Below the pieces are notes generated by a model. That model was not told the origin of the DNA. It did not search any database and was given only the letters and a program-made list of their open reading frames with translations. The position numbers were made by a program, and so were the translations under genes. A stretch of DNA of 64,000 bases, taken from an uncultured Nitrososphaerota archaeon. Lineage in GTDB: Archaea > Thermoproteota > Nitrososphaeria > Nitrososphaerales > CADDZS01. The number at the start of each line of letters is the position of its first letter. The stretch's first letter is position 1. The DNA lies in assembly GCA_963799845.1 (NCBI GenBank), contig CAWCYI010000004.1:1344001-1408000 (forward strand), read 5' to 3'. Positions 17,897 through 28,339 of the stretch are shown here, one piece after another.

Positions 17897-19507
17897 ATGA
17901 CGAGCCAGAGCTTGCAGGTAAAGGGAAAAACCGATCTACCTAATTTTTCTCTTGTCCTCACTGGCGAGGCTCTGGAATTCGTGGAGAAAATTCAGCGAAA
18001 ATTCTCCAGCGAGCGAAAAAGATTGCTCCAGCTTAGAACGGGGCGACAGGAGAATTTCGATCAGGGCGCTCGCCCCAACTTCCTGTCCGAGACTGAGAAT
18101 ATCAGAAAATCAGAGTGGAGGACGAGTCTGATCCCGAACGACCTCCTGGATAGGCGGGTCGAGATCACGGGCCCATCGGGCGATACGAAGATGGTGATAA
18201 ACGCGTTCAACTCGGGAGCGAACGTGTACATGGCAGATTTCGAGGATGCGCAGTCGCCGACGTGGGAAAACACGATTCAGGGACAGATTAACTTGGGCGA
18301 GGCAATCGAGAGAAAGATTGCGTTCAAGAGCCCTGAAGGCAAGGACTACAAGCTCAACGAAAAAATTTCAACCCTGATCGTGAGACCGAGGGGATGGCAC
18401 CTGCTTGAAAAACACGTCGAACTGGACGGCGAGCCCGTCTCGGCATCAATTTTTGATTTTGCGGTATTTCTGTTTCACAACGCGCGCAAGCTTATGGCGA
18501 AGGGTAGCGGGCCGTACTACTACCTGCCGAAGCTCGAGAGTCATCTGGAAGCCAAGCTGTGGAACGACGTGTTTGATTTCGCGGAGGACGAGCTCGGGCT
18601 ACCACACGGGACGATCAAAGTTACGGTGCTGATCGAGACGATCGTCGCAGCTTTTGAAATGGATGAAATCCTTTACGTCCTGAAAGATCACATCGTCGGG
18701 CTGAACTGCGGTAGGTGGGATTACATCTTCAGCTTCATCAAAAAGTTCAGAAATGATCCCTCTCTAGTACTTCCCGAGCGCTCCCAGGTAACCATGGACA
18801 AGGATTTTCTCGCAGCTTATGTTGCGCTTCTGATCAAAACGTGCCACAGGCGCGGAGCGAGCGCGATCGGCGGCATGTCGGCATTCATCCCCGTGAAAAA
18901 CGACGACAGGGCAAACCAGCTCGCTTTTGAAAATGTCAGGAAGGACAAGGAGCGGGAAGTTAGAGCAGGGCACGACGGTACATGGGTCGCGCATCCGGGG
19001 CTAGTCATGCTCGCAAAGGAAGTGTTCGACGCTGGGATGAAGGGACCAAACCAGCTCTCCAATCTGCGGAGTGATGTCAGTGCTACTCCGACCGATCTGC
19101 TTCGAGTCCACAAAGGCACGATAACCGAGAATGGCTTGCGAACCAATGTATCCGTCGGGATCCAGTACATTGAGGCGTGGCTCGGCGGCAAGGGAAGCGT
19201 TCCGATCAACAACCTGATGGAGGACGCCGCGACTGCGGAGATCTGCAGGGCGCAGCTGTGGCAGTGGATCAGACACGGCTCGAAACTTACGGACGGGCGC
19301 GTCGTGACTACGCAGCTCTGCCTTGAAATCGTCGGGGAGGAACTGGAAAAGATTCACAAGCAGCTCGGGGACAATAGGTATGACTCTGGGCATTTTGTTC
19401 TGGCGAGATCGCTGTTTGAGGAATTGATTACATCGGATACGTTCGCGGAATTCCTGACGTTGAAGGCGTATGATCAATTGCTGTCTTTAGAGAAAATGGA
19501 AAACTAA
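17897..19507 (+). CDS. aceB: Malate synthase A
   Basis: DRRVEITGP, MADFED, GLNCGRWDY, HDGTWVAHP, MEDAATAEI. Confidence 0.96.
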   Translation: MTSQSLQVKGKTDLPNFSLVLTGEALEFVEKIQRKFSSERKRLLQLRTGRQENFDQGARPNFLSETENIRKSEWRTSLIPNDLLDRRVEITGPSGDTKMVINAFNSGANVYMADFEDAQSPTWENTIQGQINLGEAIERKIAFKSPEGKDYKLNEKISTLIVRPRGWHLLEKHVELDGEPVSASIFDFAVFLFHNARKLMAKGSGPYYYLPKLESHLEAKLWNDVFDFAEDELGLPHGTIKVTVLIETIVAAFEMDEILYVLKDHIVGLNCGRWDYIFSFIKKFRNDPSLVLPERSQVTMDKDFLAAYVALLIKTCHRRGASAIGGMSAFIPVKNDDRANQLAFENVRKDKEREVRAGHDGTWVAHPGLVMLAKEVFDAGMKGPNQLSNLRSDVSATPTDLLRVHKGTITENGLRTNVSVGIQYIEAWLGGKGSVPINNLMEDAATAEICRAQLWQWIRHGSKLTDGRVVTTQLCLEIVGEELEKIHKQLGDNRYDSGHFVLARSLFEELITSDTFAEFLTLKAYDQLLSLEKMEN

Positions 19508-19529
19508 TTCCTAGATTAGGTCGTTTCTC

Positions 19530-19559
19530 CAAGGGGATCGGTCCCAGATACCGTCCCTT
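19530..19559 (+). terminator. Imperfect hairpin after aceB
   Basis: AAGGGGATCGGT...ACCGTCCCTT. Confidence 0.35.
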
Positions 19560-19654
19560 ATGACCGGATGCCTGGTAATATTCATAACCAAGTAATGCAT
19601 TATCATCGTTAAAAATGAGAGAGCAGAGGATTGTATGATTGACATACTCCTAAT

Positions 19655-20128
19655 TCATTTTCCTTGATCATTTAGGAAGAAACGTTTGAACGGGTTTTTT
19701 CGCAACTGAAACTTGAATATCGAATCGAACGGGCCGGAACATACACTGATCAAATGTTCCCGTAGCTGTTCACGCGTAAGTATTGTGCAATCAGACTTCC
19801 TGGCTTCACATAACAAAAGATCCATAAGATTCGCGCGCGCGCTTCTGTAGCCCGTCGCTGAAACAATCATGATGAAGGCCCCGAGGCCTGCGCTGAAGAT
19901 CGCAAGGATCGTAATTAGATAGTAAATGTAATTGGCGACGCCTGGGCTCGACACGGCTAGCTGGGAAAATGGGGTGCCAGTCAGGGTCTCGACAGCATTT
20001 TCGGCGCTGGTGAGGATTCCAGGAAAAAAGATAGTGACAGCCATGGAGACCAAGAAGAATAGACCCATCACGAAGGGAATTATCCAGGCATACTTTTCGT
20101 ACGCTTTCTCCTTTCGAACTACAACCAT
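19655..20128 (-). pseudogene. Membrane protein, apparently 3'-truncated
   Basis: Two TM helices up to SATGYRS, then hydrophilic read-through from about 19845. Confidence 0.45.
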
Positions 20129-20226
20129 GAAACTTAGCAACGGATGATTGTTATTTTATCCTTTGGAAAGATCTTCGGGGCAAAGAGGGACGCTTAAAGC
20201 CGAGAGCCACTAGCTTCGTTCCCGTA

Positions 20227-20721
20227 ATGCCAACTGAAGGAGTAGAATCCATCAGCGGGGTGAACGCGAATTTGGTTGTACCCAAAATAAAGATGGGTGC
20301 GATATGTCAGATTGGAATCGTTGTCAGGGATTTGCAAAAGGCAGTGGACAACTATTGGGAGAAATTGGGAATCGGCCCTTGGATAACAGTCAGAATCGAG
20401 CCACCACTCCTCAGGGATTTGACCTTGCGGGGGAAACCCGTTGAGGCCTCAATGATGGCGGCAATTGCGCAGAGTGGTAACATTCAGCTGGAACTGATAC
20501 AGCCCCTTGAAGGCCCAAGCATCTGGAAGGAGTTCCTGGAGACACGGGGTGGGGGTCTCCATCACGTCCAGTCGCTTGATCAGGACCCCAAGGCGGCGCT
20601 CGCCGCGTTTAGAGAGATGGGCGTCGACGTGCTCATGAGCGGCAGGATTGGTGACAACATATTTTACTACATGGACACTGAGCCGCTTCTAGGAACCATC
20701 TATGAGTTCATAAGACACTGA
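20227..20721 (+). CDS. VOC family (methylmalonyl-CoA epimerase-like) protein
   Basis: QIGIVVRD, LGIGPW, LELIQP, GGLHH. Confidence 0.85.
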   Translation: MPTEGVESISGVNANLVVPKIKMGAICQIGIVVRDLQKAVDNYWEKLGIGPWITVRIEPPLLRDLTLRGKPVEASMMAAIAQSGNIQLELIQPLEGPSIWKEFLETRGGGLHHVQSLDQDPKAALAAFREMGVDVLMSGRIGDNIFYYMDTEPLLGTIYEFIRH

Positions 20722-21014
20722 TTCGCGTGGGTTGTGATCGAATCCAATTAGGGCGACTCGTGTATACCCTAGAATACGCCAAGATGTTTTAGGGGTAACA
20801 AAGGCCTATCTCCGTCAAGGAGAGCCTCATTGGAAAGTGTAACATTCCCAACTTTTCCAGCCATTTAGAGCCACTTAGGAGAGTAGGAAGAGCTATTTGT
20901 TCAAACTTCGGGGAAAAATGGATGAAAGACAGGTATAGTAGTTTCACACTCTGATCACAGATAGATTTTGTCAAACCAGAATAACGAAACAATGATACCA
21001 AGGGATGCATCAGC

Positions 21015-21394
21015 TTGGGTAACCTTGCACTTCCAGGGGAAGAACAGCGACTTGGACCAACTCTCGCAAAAGATAGAGCAGGAGCTGAAAGACCGAGCAT
21101 TACAAGACCCAGTCGACGAAGGCAACCATCGGCAACGTTGTTCAGGCACAAAAAGCTGGCGTACTCCGCGGCATCGTCGATGCAAACAGGGCATTCTCGA
21201 TATTAATCGCAGGACAGCCCAACGACTTTTCAGTCAATATAGGCATCGGAAAATGGATTCAGAACCTGGGAGTTGCTGCCGTTGAAACGGTTCTCTTTGG
21301 TCCACTTGCTATAGCAGTAGATGGAGCAGAGATTCTCTGGACCACGCACGTTGAAAGCGGGTTGGCGAAGCAGATAACCCAGATTGTTGGCTAG
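21015..21394 (+). pseudogene. Probable conserved archaeal hypothetical protein, frameshifted
   Basis: VTLHFQGKNSDL.. continues in another frame as QAQKAGVLRGIVDANRAFSILIAGQPNDFSVNIGIGKWIQNL...QIVG*. Confidence 0.55.
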
Positions 21395-21573
21395 CAAATA
21401 GAGAAGATTTGAATCATAGCCGCTAGGCTGAGATCCGATTTGCAGGAAGCCCCCAGAAGGGCTTCCCCTGCGAGCTCTGGTTGAACGCTTTGTCGATGAA
21501 GAGTAAGTCAATCACAGAGTAGAAGTGGAAAATATCAATGCTAAGTGCATCCAGTCAAGTAAAGATGGATGCC

Positions 21574-22569
21574 CTAATGAAGGCGGCTGTGTACACAAAA
21601 TACGGGCCTCCAGAAGTTCTTCAACTAAAAGAGGTAGAGAAACCTACTCCCAAGGATAACGAGGTGCTGATAAAAGTACATGCGACGACGGTAAACCGAA
21701 CAGATTGTGGCTTTCTTCGGGCAAAGCCATTTTTTATCAGATTTATCAGTGGACTCGCCGGACCAAAAAGAACGATATTAGGTTGTGAGTTCGCCGGCGA
21801 AATTGAAGCGGTCGGTAAAAACGTCAAATCATTAGTGAGCGGTGACCATGTTTTTGGATATAGCGGAGTCAGTTTCGGTGCTCAGGCAGAGTACATGACC
21901 ATGCCCGAACAAGGCATGCTAACAACCGTGCCAGCGAGTATGAGTGATGAAGAAGCCGCTCCGATTACGGAAGGTGCGCACTACGCGCTAAACAATATTA
22001 GAAAAGCAAACGTTCGAGGTGGCCAAAGAGTCCTGATTAATGGGGCAACGGGTGGTATTGGTTCAGCGGCCGTCCAGCTTGTGAAATATTATGGAGCGAA
22101 CGTTACAGCGGTATGCGGTACCAAGAATGCAGAATTAGTAAAATCTCTTGGAGCCGATGAAGTAATTGATTACGCTGTAGAAGATTTTACAAAAAGTGGA
22201 AAGAAGTATGATTTTGTTTTTGACGCAGTTGGCAAAAGTTCCTTCGGTGCCTGTAAAAAATTGCTAAAACCAGGCGGGATCTATTGTTCAACCGAACTTG
22301 GTTTCATGTGGCAGAATCCCTTTTTGGCACTATGGACTTCGAAATTTGGCAGTAAAAAAGTCATATTTCCGATTCCAACAGAAGAAAAAGAAGACGCGCT
22401 CTTTTTCAAAGAGCTTATCGAGACCGGGAAATTTAGACCTGCCATAGATAGATGCTACCCGCTGGAAAAGATTGTCGATGCTTACAAGTACGTCGAAACG
22501 GGTCAAAAAACAGGAAATGTGGTCATCACCGTGGGACATAATTATCAGAACCAAAGGCAACTTTTCTGA
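21574..22569 (+). CDS. MDR family NAD(P)-dependent quinone oxidoreductase/alcohol dehydrogenase-like protein
   Basis: YGPPEVL, NGATGGIG, DAVGK, GQKTGNVV. Confidence 0.9.
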   Translation, partial: LMKAAVYTKYGPPEVLQLKEVEKPTPKDNEVLIKVHATTVNRTDCGFLRAKPFFIRFISGLAGPKRTILGCEFAGEIEAVGKNVKSLVSGDHVFGYSGVSFGAQAEYMTMPEQGMLTTVPASMSDEEAAPITEGAHYALNNIRKANVRGGQRVLINGATGGIGSAAVQLVKYYGANVTAVCGTKNAELVKSLGADEVIDYAVEDFTKSGKKYDFVFDAVGKSSFGACKKLLKPGGIYCSTELGFMWQNPFLALWTSKFGSKKVIFPIPTEEKEDALFFKELIETGKFRPAIDRCYPLEKIVDAYKYVETGQKTGNVVITVGHNYQNQRQLF

Positions 22570-22707
22570 CTTATCTATTGTGGACTAGCCCCAGGTCTTC
22601 TTAGCGAGTCTTTTCATGACTATCCAAGTCTTGTAATTATTACAGCCATCAGCACAACAGAATCGACCTGTTGACTGCGTTGTTTGATATTTATAATGAA
22701 TTAATAT

Positions 22708-23697
22708 TCATTCATTGATGACATATTGAAACATGTCGGCCACAGCTTTGTATAGATTGGGCGGATACTCCGCAATTCTTTGGCACATGTAGAGGAACCA
22801 TTCTCTTCCGTAAGGAAGGTACACTCGTGCCCGGAATCCGTCATCTTTCACTTTTTGCAAACGGTCTGGAGAAATTCCGTAGTTCATCTCGAATTCAACG
22901 GTTCCTTTGTCGACAGCGAGTTTTTTGCAAAGCTTTAGGGCGTATCCGATTATTGTTTGATCGTGTGTCGCGATTGAAACAGGGTGCCTGTTTTCGAGGA
23001 TCGTCTCGAGAAATCGACAATACTTGATTGTTAGTTCGTCGCTTTTGCGGTCGATCGCAACGTCCGGTGGTTCGCTATACGCACCCTTGACAAGTCGAAT
23101 TTTGCTTCGTTCTCGTCTTCGCATTATGGATTGAAGATCTTCTTCACTTCGGTTGAGATAAGCCTGGATCGTTATCCCGATGTTTGGAAACTCCCCAGAG
23201 AGCATGCGTTGAACTTCTAAGATTTCTGAAGTACGCTCCGACCACTCCATGTTCACTATGATCTCCACATCGTGATCAATCGCGGCCCTTCCGATTTTCC
23301 TCATGTTTTCCAGAGCTAGTTCCTTATCAATGGTCAAGCCGACGTGGGAGAGATCGAGCGAAACAGAAGAATTTAATCCGTGCTTTACGATCGTGTCAAT
23401 TACTGAAAGGAACTCGTCGGTTGTAGATTTTGCCAGATCCTCACTCCTCGTAGATTCTCCCATAAAGTCAATCGCCTGAAGGAAACCAAGATCTCTTAAC
23501 CTCTCTGCTACATGTAGACAATCGGACAACGTTTCACCACCTATGTAACGACGCGCAGCCCGAAGGGCCACATCATAAAGTCTAGTGTTCTGTAGAACGT
23601 AAGACTTTAGCTCTTCGTCCCGAGCGATATGACGCAGTGCCTCCGACATTTCGTCTGCCCAATCGGCGTCTCTTTCCATTTCGTCTTTTTCTTCCAT
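22708..23697 (-). CDS. Proline dehydrogenase family protein
   Basis: RYIGGE, QAYL, IRLVKGAY, IATHD, VYLPYG. Confidence 0.9.
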   Translation of the reverse strand: MEEKDEMERDADWADEMSEALRHIARDEELKSYVLQNTRLYDVALRAARRYIGGETLSDCLHVAERLRDLGFLQAIDFMGESTRSEDLAKSTTDEFLSVIDTIVKHGLNSSVSLDLSHVGLTIDKELALENMRKIGRAAIDHDVEIIVNMEWSERTSEILEVQRMLSGEFPNIGITIQAYLNRSEEDLQSIMRRRERSKIRLVKGAYSEPPDVAIDRKSDELTIKYCRFLETILENRHPVSIATHDQTIIGYALKLCKKLAVDKGTVEFEMNYGISPDRLQKVKDDGFRARVYLPYGREWFLYMCQRIAEYPPNLYKAVADMFQYVINE

Positions 23698-23705
23698 ATT
23701 TCTCT

Positions 23706-24329
23706 CTATCCTATCTTGCTTTGTTGCGTGACTCGTGCCAACACCATTTGCTTAGCTTCCCTCAGAAGTTCATTCATCGACAAGGAGTGATTGATGAGGA
23801 GTTGCTGAGATGCTCCCGCCAGAATGCCGATAATTTCGTGTGCGATGAGATTTGAATTGAGTTCCTTACTAAAATCGCCTGTCTTCTTTCCGCCATCTAG
23901 AATCCGTGCCACAAAACGAATTGTCTGAGTCAACATTTGTCCTATTTCAGGGGAGAATAGTTTGTCATCTTCGAGCAATGTACGTTGAATGAACAAACAT
24001 ATTTCAGGATCCTGGACGAACAACTCTTGATAACAATCAAACAGTTTCTCCAGCTTATGAAATGAAGAGCTTTCTAAAGAAACAGGGTACAGTACTATTA
24101 GCTTCCATCGTACGCGAATAGTTTCGAGAATAGCATGGAATAGCTTTTCCTTGCTATCAAAATGCCAATAAATGGCACCTTTTGTGATGCCTGCAGCACC
24201 TGCAATATCATCTATGGATGTGCTTGCAAAACCGCGCCTTGCGAAGAGCTTGAGGCAACTAGCAAGTATCGCTTCCCTTGTTTCTGCGCTGTGTTTGGCC
24301 TTCAAGGAGATTGTTTTCGGTGGCCACAT
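23706..24329 (-). CDS. TetR/AcrR family regulator
   Basis: FARRGF..TSIDDIA..AGITKGAIYWHFDSKE. Confidence 0.92.
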   Translation of the reverse strand: MWPPKTISLKAKHSAETREAILASCLKLFARRGFASTSIDDIAGAAGITKGAIYWHFDSKEKLFHAILETIRVRWKLIVLYPVSLESSSFHKLEKLFDCYQELFVQDPEICLFIQRTLLEDDKLFSPEIGQMLTQTIRFVARILDGGKKTGDFSKELNSNLIAHEIIGILAGASQQLLINHSLSMNELLREAKQMVLARVTQQSKIG

Positions 24330-24345
24330 ACCGACCGTTTAGTAT
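24328..24345. promoter_or_regulatory. Candidate TetR operator overlapping the start of tetR
   Basis: Imperfect palindrome ATACCGACCGTTTAGTAT (12/18 self-complementary). Confidence 0.4.
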
Positions 24346-24660
24346 ATTTCTCCGATTATAAGAGTTTGCCCACAATTCATCAACAATTGTTGGCAATGTT
24401 AACAGGTAATGGAATGCGATGATGAATCCGTACTAAAGAAATGGATACTTAACTGGAAGACTTGATTGAGTTCTATATTATCCGAGTATTGAATGGGATA
24501 GAGGCTGCGGCGTTAAACGAAAAAGATTCATGAAGATTGATGCGTGATCATTAAGCTGTATTCGTATTTTTTTACTTCCACCTCACGAGTATCGCCCCTC
24601 TCTCTTGAACTGTGAAATCGTCAGTTTTAAGAGGTCTATACGTACGAGTGTTGTGAGACT

Positions 24661-25305
24661 TCAGATTGCTTGAGGAGTCTGTTTCGAAGACGAGTGCATA
24701 CTTTCATGAACGCACTCCATTGCTCCCCTGGCAATTGATTGCTTCAAAGTTATACTTGGTCTGTCGAGTACCTTACCAAGGAAAGCAGTGTGAAACGTAT
24801 CGCATGTCAGTTCTGGATACTTGGTGGCTAATTTAGCAAATGGACAGTTCTTGCTAATGATCAGATCTTTGCTTCTTTCTCTCCTCAATTGGGGCTGGAA
24901 ACCCAAGTCACTCAGGACCGGGAGAAGAGAGTCCGCATTTTCTCGCCTGCCTACATTCTCTGTGAGCATCCTGGCAGCAGAAGCAAAAATGGCCTTCGTC
25001 TTTTCGGCACCTATGTCCTCTATCATAGCCGCCGTTATGAGATCGAGGATGAGATCATATTTGGCAGAGATTCTACCTCGTCCTTCGAGGGTTATAGAAT
25101 AATACTTGCTAGGCCGTCCACTGCCCGTGTTTCTGAAAGAGGAGTCAACCAATTTGTCTGCCACCATATCTTCAAGATGCCTCCTGACTACACTGAGATT
25201 CATGCCAATCTTAGATGCAAGGTCTTCAGCTGTTGTCTCTCCGCCTAGGAGAAGTACAAGTATGCAATATTTTGTTTGGCCAAGCGGAGAACGCACCTCA
25301 ATCAA
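24661..25305 (-). CDS. ArsR/SufR-like HTH regulator
   Basis: VRRHL, GRPSKYY, C-terminal NCPF..C..C. Confidence 0.8.
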   Translation of the reverse strand: MIEVRSPLGQTKYCILVLLLGGETTAEDLASKIGMNLSVVRRHLEDMVADKLVDSSFRNTGSGRPSKYYSITLEGRGRISAKYDLILDLITAAMIEDIGAEKTKAIFASAARMLTENVGRRENADSLLPVLSDLGFQPQLRRERSKDLIISKNCPFAKLATKYPELTCDTFHTAFLGKVLDRPSITLKQSIARGAMECVHESMHSSSKQTPQAI

Positions 25306-25392
25306 GAAATGTAGTGGTTTACCGAGTAAAAAGCATTGAGAGGCTTGTGTGGGTTTTATGCCATAATAACATTTAATAGGTCTGGATTTTTA

Positions 25393-25811
25393 ATGCAACT
25401 TATGACAGAGCCTAGTCTATTCGAACGTCTGGGTGGAGTATACGCAATCGCGGCTGTTGTGGATCGCTTCAGTGACCAACTTTTGAAAAATCCGAAGATC
25501 GTTAATTCAAACCCCGAACTGAAAAAGTGGCACACTGAAGAGTACAAAACTCGGTTGCCTTGTCTAAAAGTTCGGGCGGACATTGTGGATGTGCTCGGTT
25601 GCAGGCGGGCCATACCAATACACGGGTAAGCCCCTATCCGAAGCCCATTTCGCATTTCACATCCCACCAGAAGTATTCGATGGTTTCGGCCGAGCTCGGA
25701 CTCGCACTTGATTATTTCAAGGTGCCCAAGCGCGAAAAGGAGGAAGCCTTGGCTGCCTTCAATGCGCAAAAGCGCGATGTGACTTCTGGTGCCAGGCCCA
25801 CGACGGCATAG
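25393..25811 (+). CDS. Group 1 truncated hemoglobin (two frameshifts)
   Basis: SLFERLGGVYAIAAVVDRF; GGPYQYTG in a second frame; ALDYFKVP.REKEE in a third. Confidence 0.8.
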
Positions 25812-25862
25812 TGAACTTTTGACGACCTAAATCGGTACTGAGGAACAGAAACGAAGGTTCCC

Positions 25863-26192
25863 TTGGCGATCGACCTCAGTTGGCTTCTCGGTGCGGTCCT
25901 CGACTCGATCATTCCCTTCCTCGAGCTAGTGGCAGCTTTTGTTATTCTCGGTGGTGGCGTTTGGACTCTTATGATCTTCGTGCGCCGCCACGATGCCGCG
26001 CAAGCGAGGCATGAGTTCAGTCACGCTCTTCTCTTAGGCTTGGATTTCACAATTGGCGCAGATATGTTGAAACTCACCGTGGCACCTGACCTCTCGGCGG
26101 CTGCCTTGGCCGCAGGAGTTACGGCAGTCCGTATCGCCCTAACACTGACACTCCTTAGGGAGCAGCGTCAAGCGATTTCAGAAAACAAATAA
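25863..26192 (+). CDS. DUF1622 membrane protein
   Basis: LLLGLDFTIGADML..VRIAL. Confidence 0.75.
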   Translation: MAIDLSWLLGAVLDSIIPFLELVAAFVILGGGVWTLMIFVRRHDAAQARHEFSHALLLGLDFTIGADMLKLTVAPDLSAAALAAGVTAVRIALTLTLLREQRQAISENK

Positions 26193-26215
26193 CTGATGTG
26201 GTCTGGTTCAAAACA

Positions 26216-26533
26216 ATGACAAACGAATTCGTGAAGATCGCTGAGATTTCCGAGATTCCTCAAGGGACGACCAAAATTGTGAATGTAGCAGGAGTTGAAT
26301 TATTTGTAGCGAATGTCGAGGGATCATTTTACGCTCTGCCTAACAAATGCACTCATGTTGGCGGACTGCTGGGAAGAGGGAAGCTTTCTGGTAACATCAT
26401 TCAGTGTCCTTGGCACGGATCGAAATTTGATGTGAAGACTGGGGCAGTCGTTGCCGGCCCTGCACAAAGCCCAGAACCAACTTACGAGGTGAGGGTGGAA
26501 GGGTCAAGCGTCTTCGTGAAAAAACCGACCTGA
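26216..26533 (+). CDS. Rieske [2Fe-2S] ferredoxin
   Basis: CTH ... CPWHGSKFD. Confidence 0.93.
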   Translation: MTNEFVKIAEISEIPQGTTKIVNVAGVELFVANVEGSFYALPNKCTHVGGLLGRGKLSGNIIQCPWHGSKFDVKTGAVVAGPAQSPEPTYEVRVEGSSVFVKKPT

Positions 26534-26678
26534 CTTCAGTTCCTTCAGGCACGCTGTCTAAAATTTCGAATTTCATATAATTCACTGAGGAAACCAGACA
26601 CAACGACTAAAATATGACGCATAACACCTATTCCCAAAGTTCTTCGGGATAAGCTATATCCTCAGACTCGAGCCTTAA

Positions 26679-27146
26679 TTGGTGATGGTAAGGACTATGA
26701 GTTTCAGAGTAGATCACAATGAACCAATATCTGATCTCTTGACAAGATTAACAGAGGAACATGGAGAAATCAATCGAAAGCTCGAGAGGATCTCAGAAAT
26801 CTCTGCCAAAAATGACGGAGACTTGAAACTGGCAGTCAGTTTGCTGAATGCTGTGAGTACCGAGATACTTCGGCACGCTGTCGAGGAAGAGGCTAGGCTT
26901 GCACGCGTAATAATGGAATCAGATGTAACGCGTGAATCTTCAGACGAGTCAGTAAAAATTCTTCAGGAGCACAGGCGCATTAAGGAGTTTTTCGACGATG
27001 AATTGCCGTACATCTTAGATGAGAATTCTGAGAAACAAGCAAGAAAGAAAATCATCGAGTTTACCGATTTGGTAATTAGACACCATAAGGAAGAAGAGAA
27101 AGAGCTATTCCCTCTTTCTTTGAGAGCGGCAGCATCAAACGGGTAG
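26679..27146 (+). CDS. Hemerythrin domain protein
   Basis: EEH, HAVEEE, QEH, HHKEEE..LFP. Confidence 0.88.
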   Translation: MVMVRTMSFRVDHNEPISDLLTRLTEEHGEINRKLERISEISAKNDGDLKLAVSLLNAVSTEILRHAVEEEARLARVIMESDVTRESSDESVKILQEHRRIKEFFDDELPYILDENSEKQARKKIIEFTDLVIRHHKEEEKELFPLSLRAAASNG

Positions 27147-27158
27147 CGTGGTGCCTGT

Positions 27159-27554
27159 TTGGAGAAGACTGTTTCAAAGATCATTCCTTTATCAGAAGAA
27201 AGCTCGCACAGTCATCCCAGAAGCAAGCAAGAAACTCTTCCAACAGCAGAATCTATCCATCTTGTCAAATTGGCAAGCTATGAAGATGATGCAATCGTCA
27301 GCAGGACGCTGATTAATCGTAAATCTGGAACTATTACGATGTTCGCATTTGATCAGGGGCAAGGTTTGAGCGAACACACTTCACCATTCGATGCTTTTGT
27401 ACAGATTCTGGAAGGCAGCTCCGAGATTACCATTTCAGGAAAGCACTTTCCGGCGAGTGAAGGCGAAGTCGTGATCTTACCTGCAAATCAACCTCATGCA
27501 CTGAGTGCACTTTCTAAATTCAAAATGCTTCTAACCCTGATCCATTCTGAATAA
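27159..27554 (+). CDS. Cupin domain protein
   Basis: FAFDQGQGLSEHTSPFDA, PH. Confidence 0.88.
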   Translation: MEKTVSKIIPLSEESSHSHPRSKQETLPTAESIHLVKLASYEDDAIVSRTLINRKSGTITMFAFDQGQGLSEHTSPFDAFVQILEGSSEITISGKHFPASEGEVVILPANQPHALSALSKFKMLLTLIHSE

Positions 27555-27560
27555 TCTGAG

Positions 27561-27953
27561 TTGCAAAAATGGAAAAGCTCTATTACCGCGGAGGACGGAG
27601 TCGCTTTTGTGACCGCAACGATTTGCTACTTTGACTCCCCTCCAAAAAACGAATTCTTTGTATTCTTCAAAGGGACATTGCTACCAATACTAGTGCGATA
27701 TGGTGCTCCATGTCTTGCTACTTTTGTCACCGAATCCAGCCCCAATAACTATCCAAGACTAGCAGTGAGAGAAGGAGAATACGTGTTTGTCTGGTTCAGC
27801 TTATTTACAAACGGAACATCTTACGAGAATCACATTCGAGCTTTGGAAGAAAGTTCTGACTGGTTAAAGATCCAGGTTCAACTTAAGGAATTCTTGATCA
27901 AGCCGGTAGAGATCTTGAAGCTTTCACCGACTCCGCGTTCAAAGCTAATCTAA
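27561..27953 (+). pseudogene. NIPSNAP-like protein, C-terminal half only
   Basis: FVTESSPNNYPRLAVREGEYVFVWF, LSPTPRS; N-terminal half appears to be missing. Confidence 0.55.
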
Positions 27954-27962
27954 CTCTAATGC

Positions 27963-27997
27963 TATTAGTAAATACGTGCGCGAATCCCGTACCTCGC
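27963..27997 (+). repeat. REP-like repeat family 1, degenerate copy
   Basis: TATTAGTAAATACGTGCGCGAATCCCGTACCTCGC. Confidence 0.5.
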
Positions 27998-28004
27998 ATG
28001 ATCT

Positions 28005-28283
28005 TTACGTTTCATCTTTCAAAAATTCTATGAATTGACGTGTATTTTTACTAGTTAATTGGTGCGGAAGTCCCACATTCCGCGTACGAGATTTACTAGT
28101 AAGACCAAATCTTTGCGTCAGTATTTTGTGATTTCCGCGATTAACCAATCTTGTTCTTCGTGAGACAGTTATTGTTACTGTTTCGCCAATATTTACCAAT
28201 TGACGTGAAAAGTGTTGTAGTGCTCGTCTCACTTCACTCGAGGAGAGATTAGTTCTTTCTTCATACCAGTATCCGAATCCCAT
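28005..28283 (-). CDS. Small AT-rich hypothetical ORF reading through a repeat copy
   Basis: ATG ORF; 3' part overlaps the repeat. Confidence 0.3.
   Translation of the reverse strand: MGFGYWYEERTNLSSSEVRRALQHFSRQLVNIGETVTITVSRRTRLVNRGNHKILTQRFGLTSKSRTRNVGLPHQLTSKNTRQFIEFLKDET
28045..28102 (+). repeat. REP-like repeat family 1, full-length copy
   Basis: TTTTTACTAGTTAATTGG...TCCCACATTCCGC...GATTTACTAGTAA. Confidence 0.8.
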
Positions 28284-28339
28284 ACATAACTTGAATTAAT
28301 CAGCAACCTAAAACGGTCGCACATTGATTTTCAAACGAC

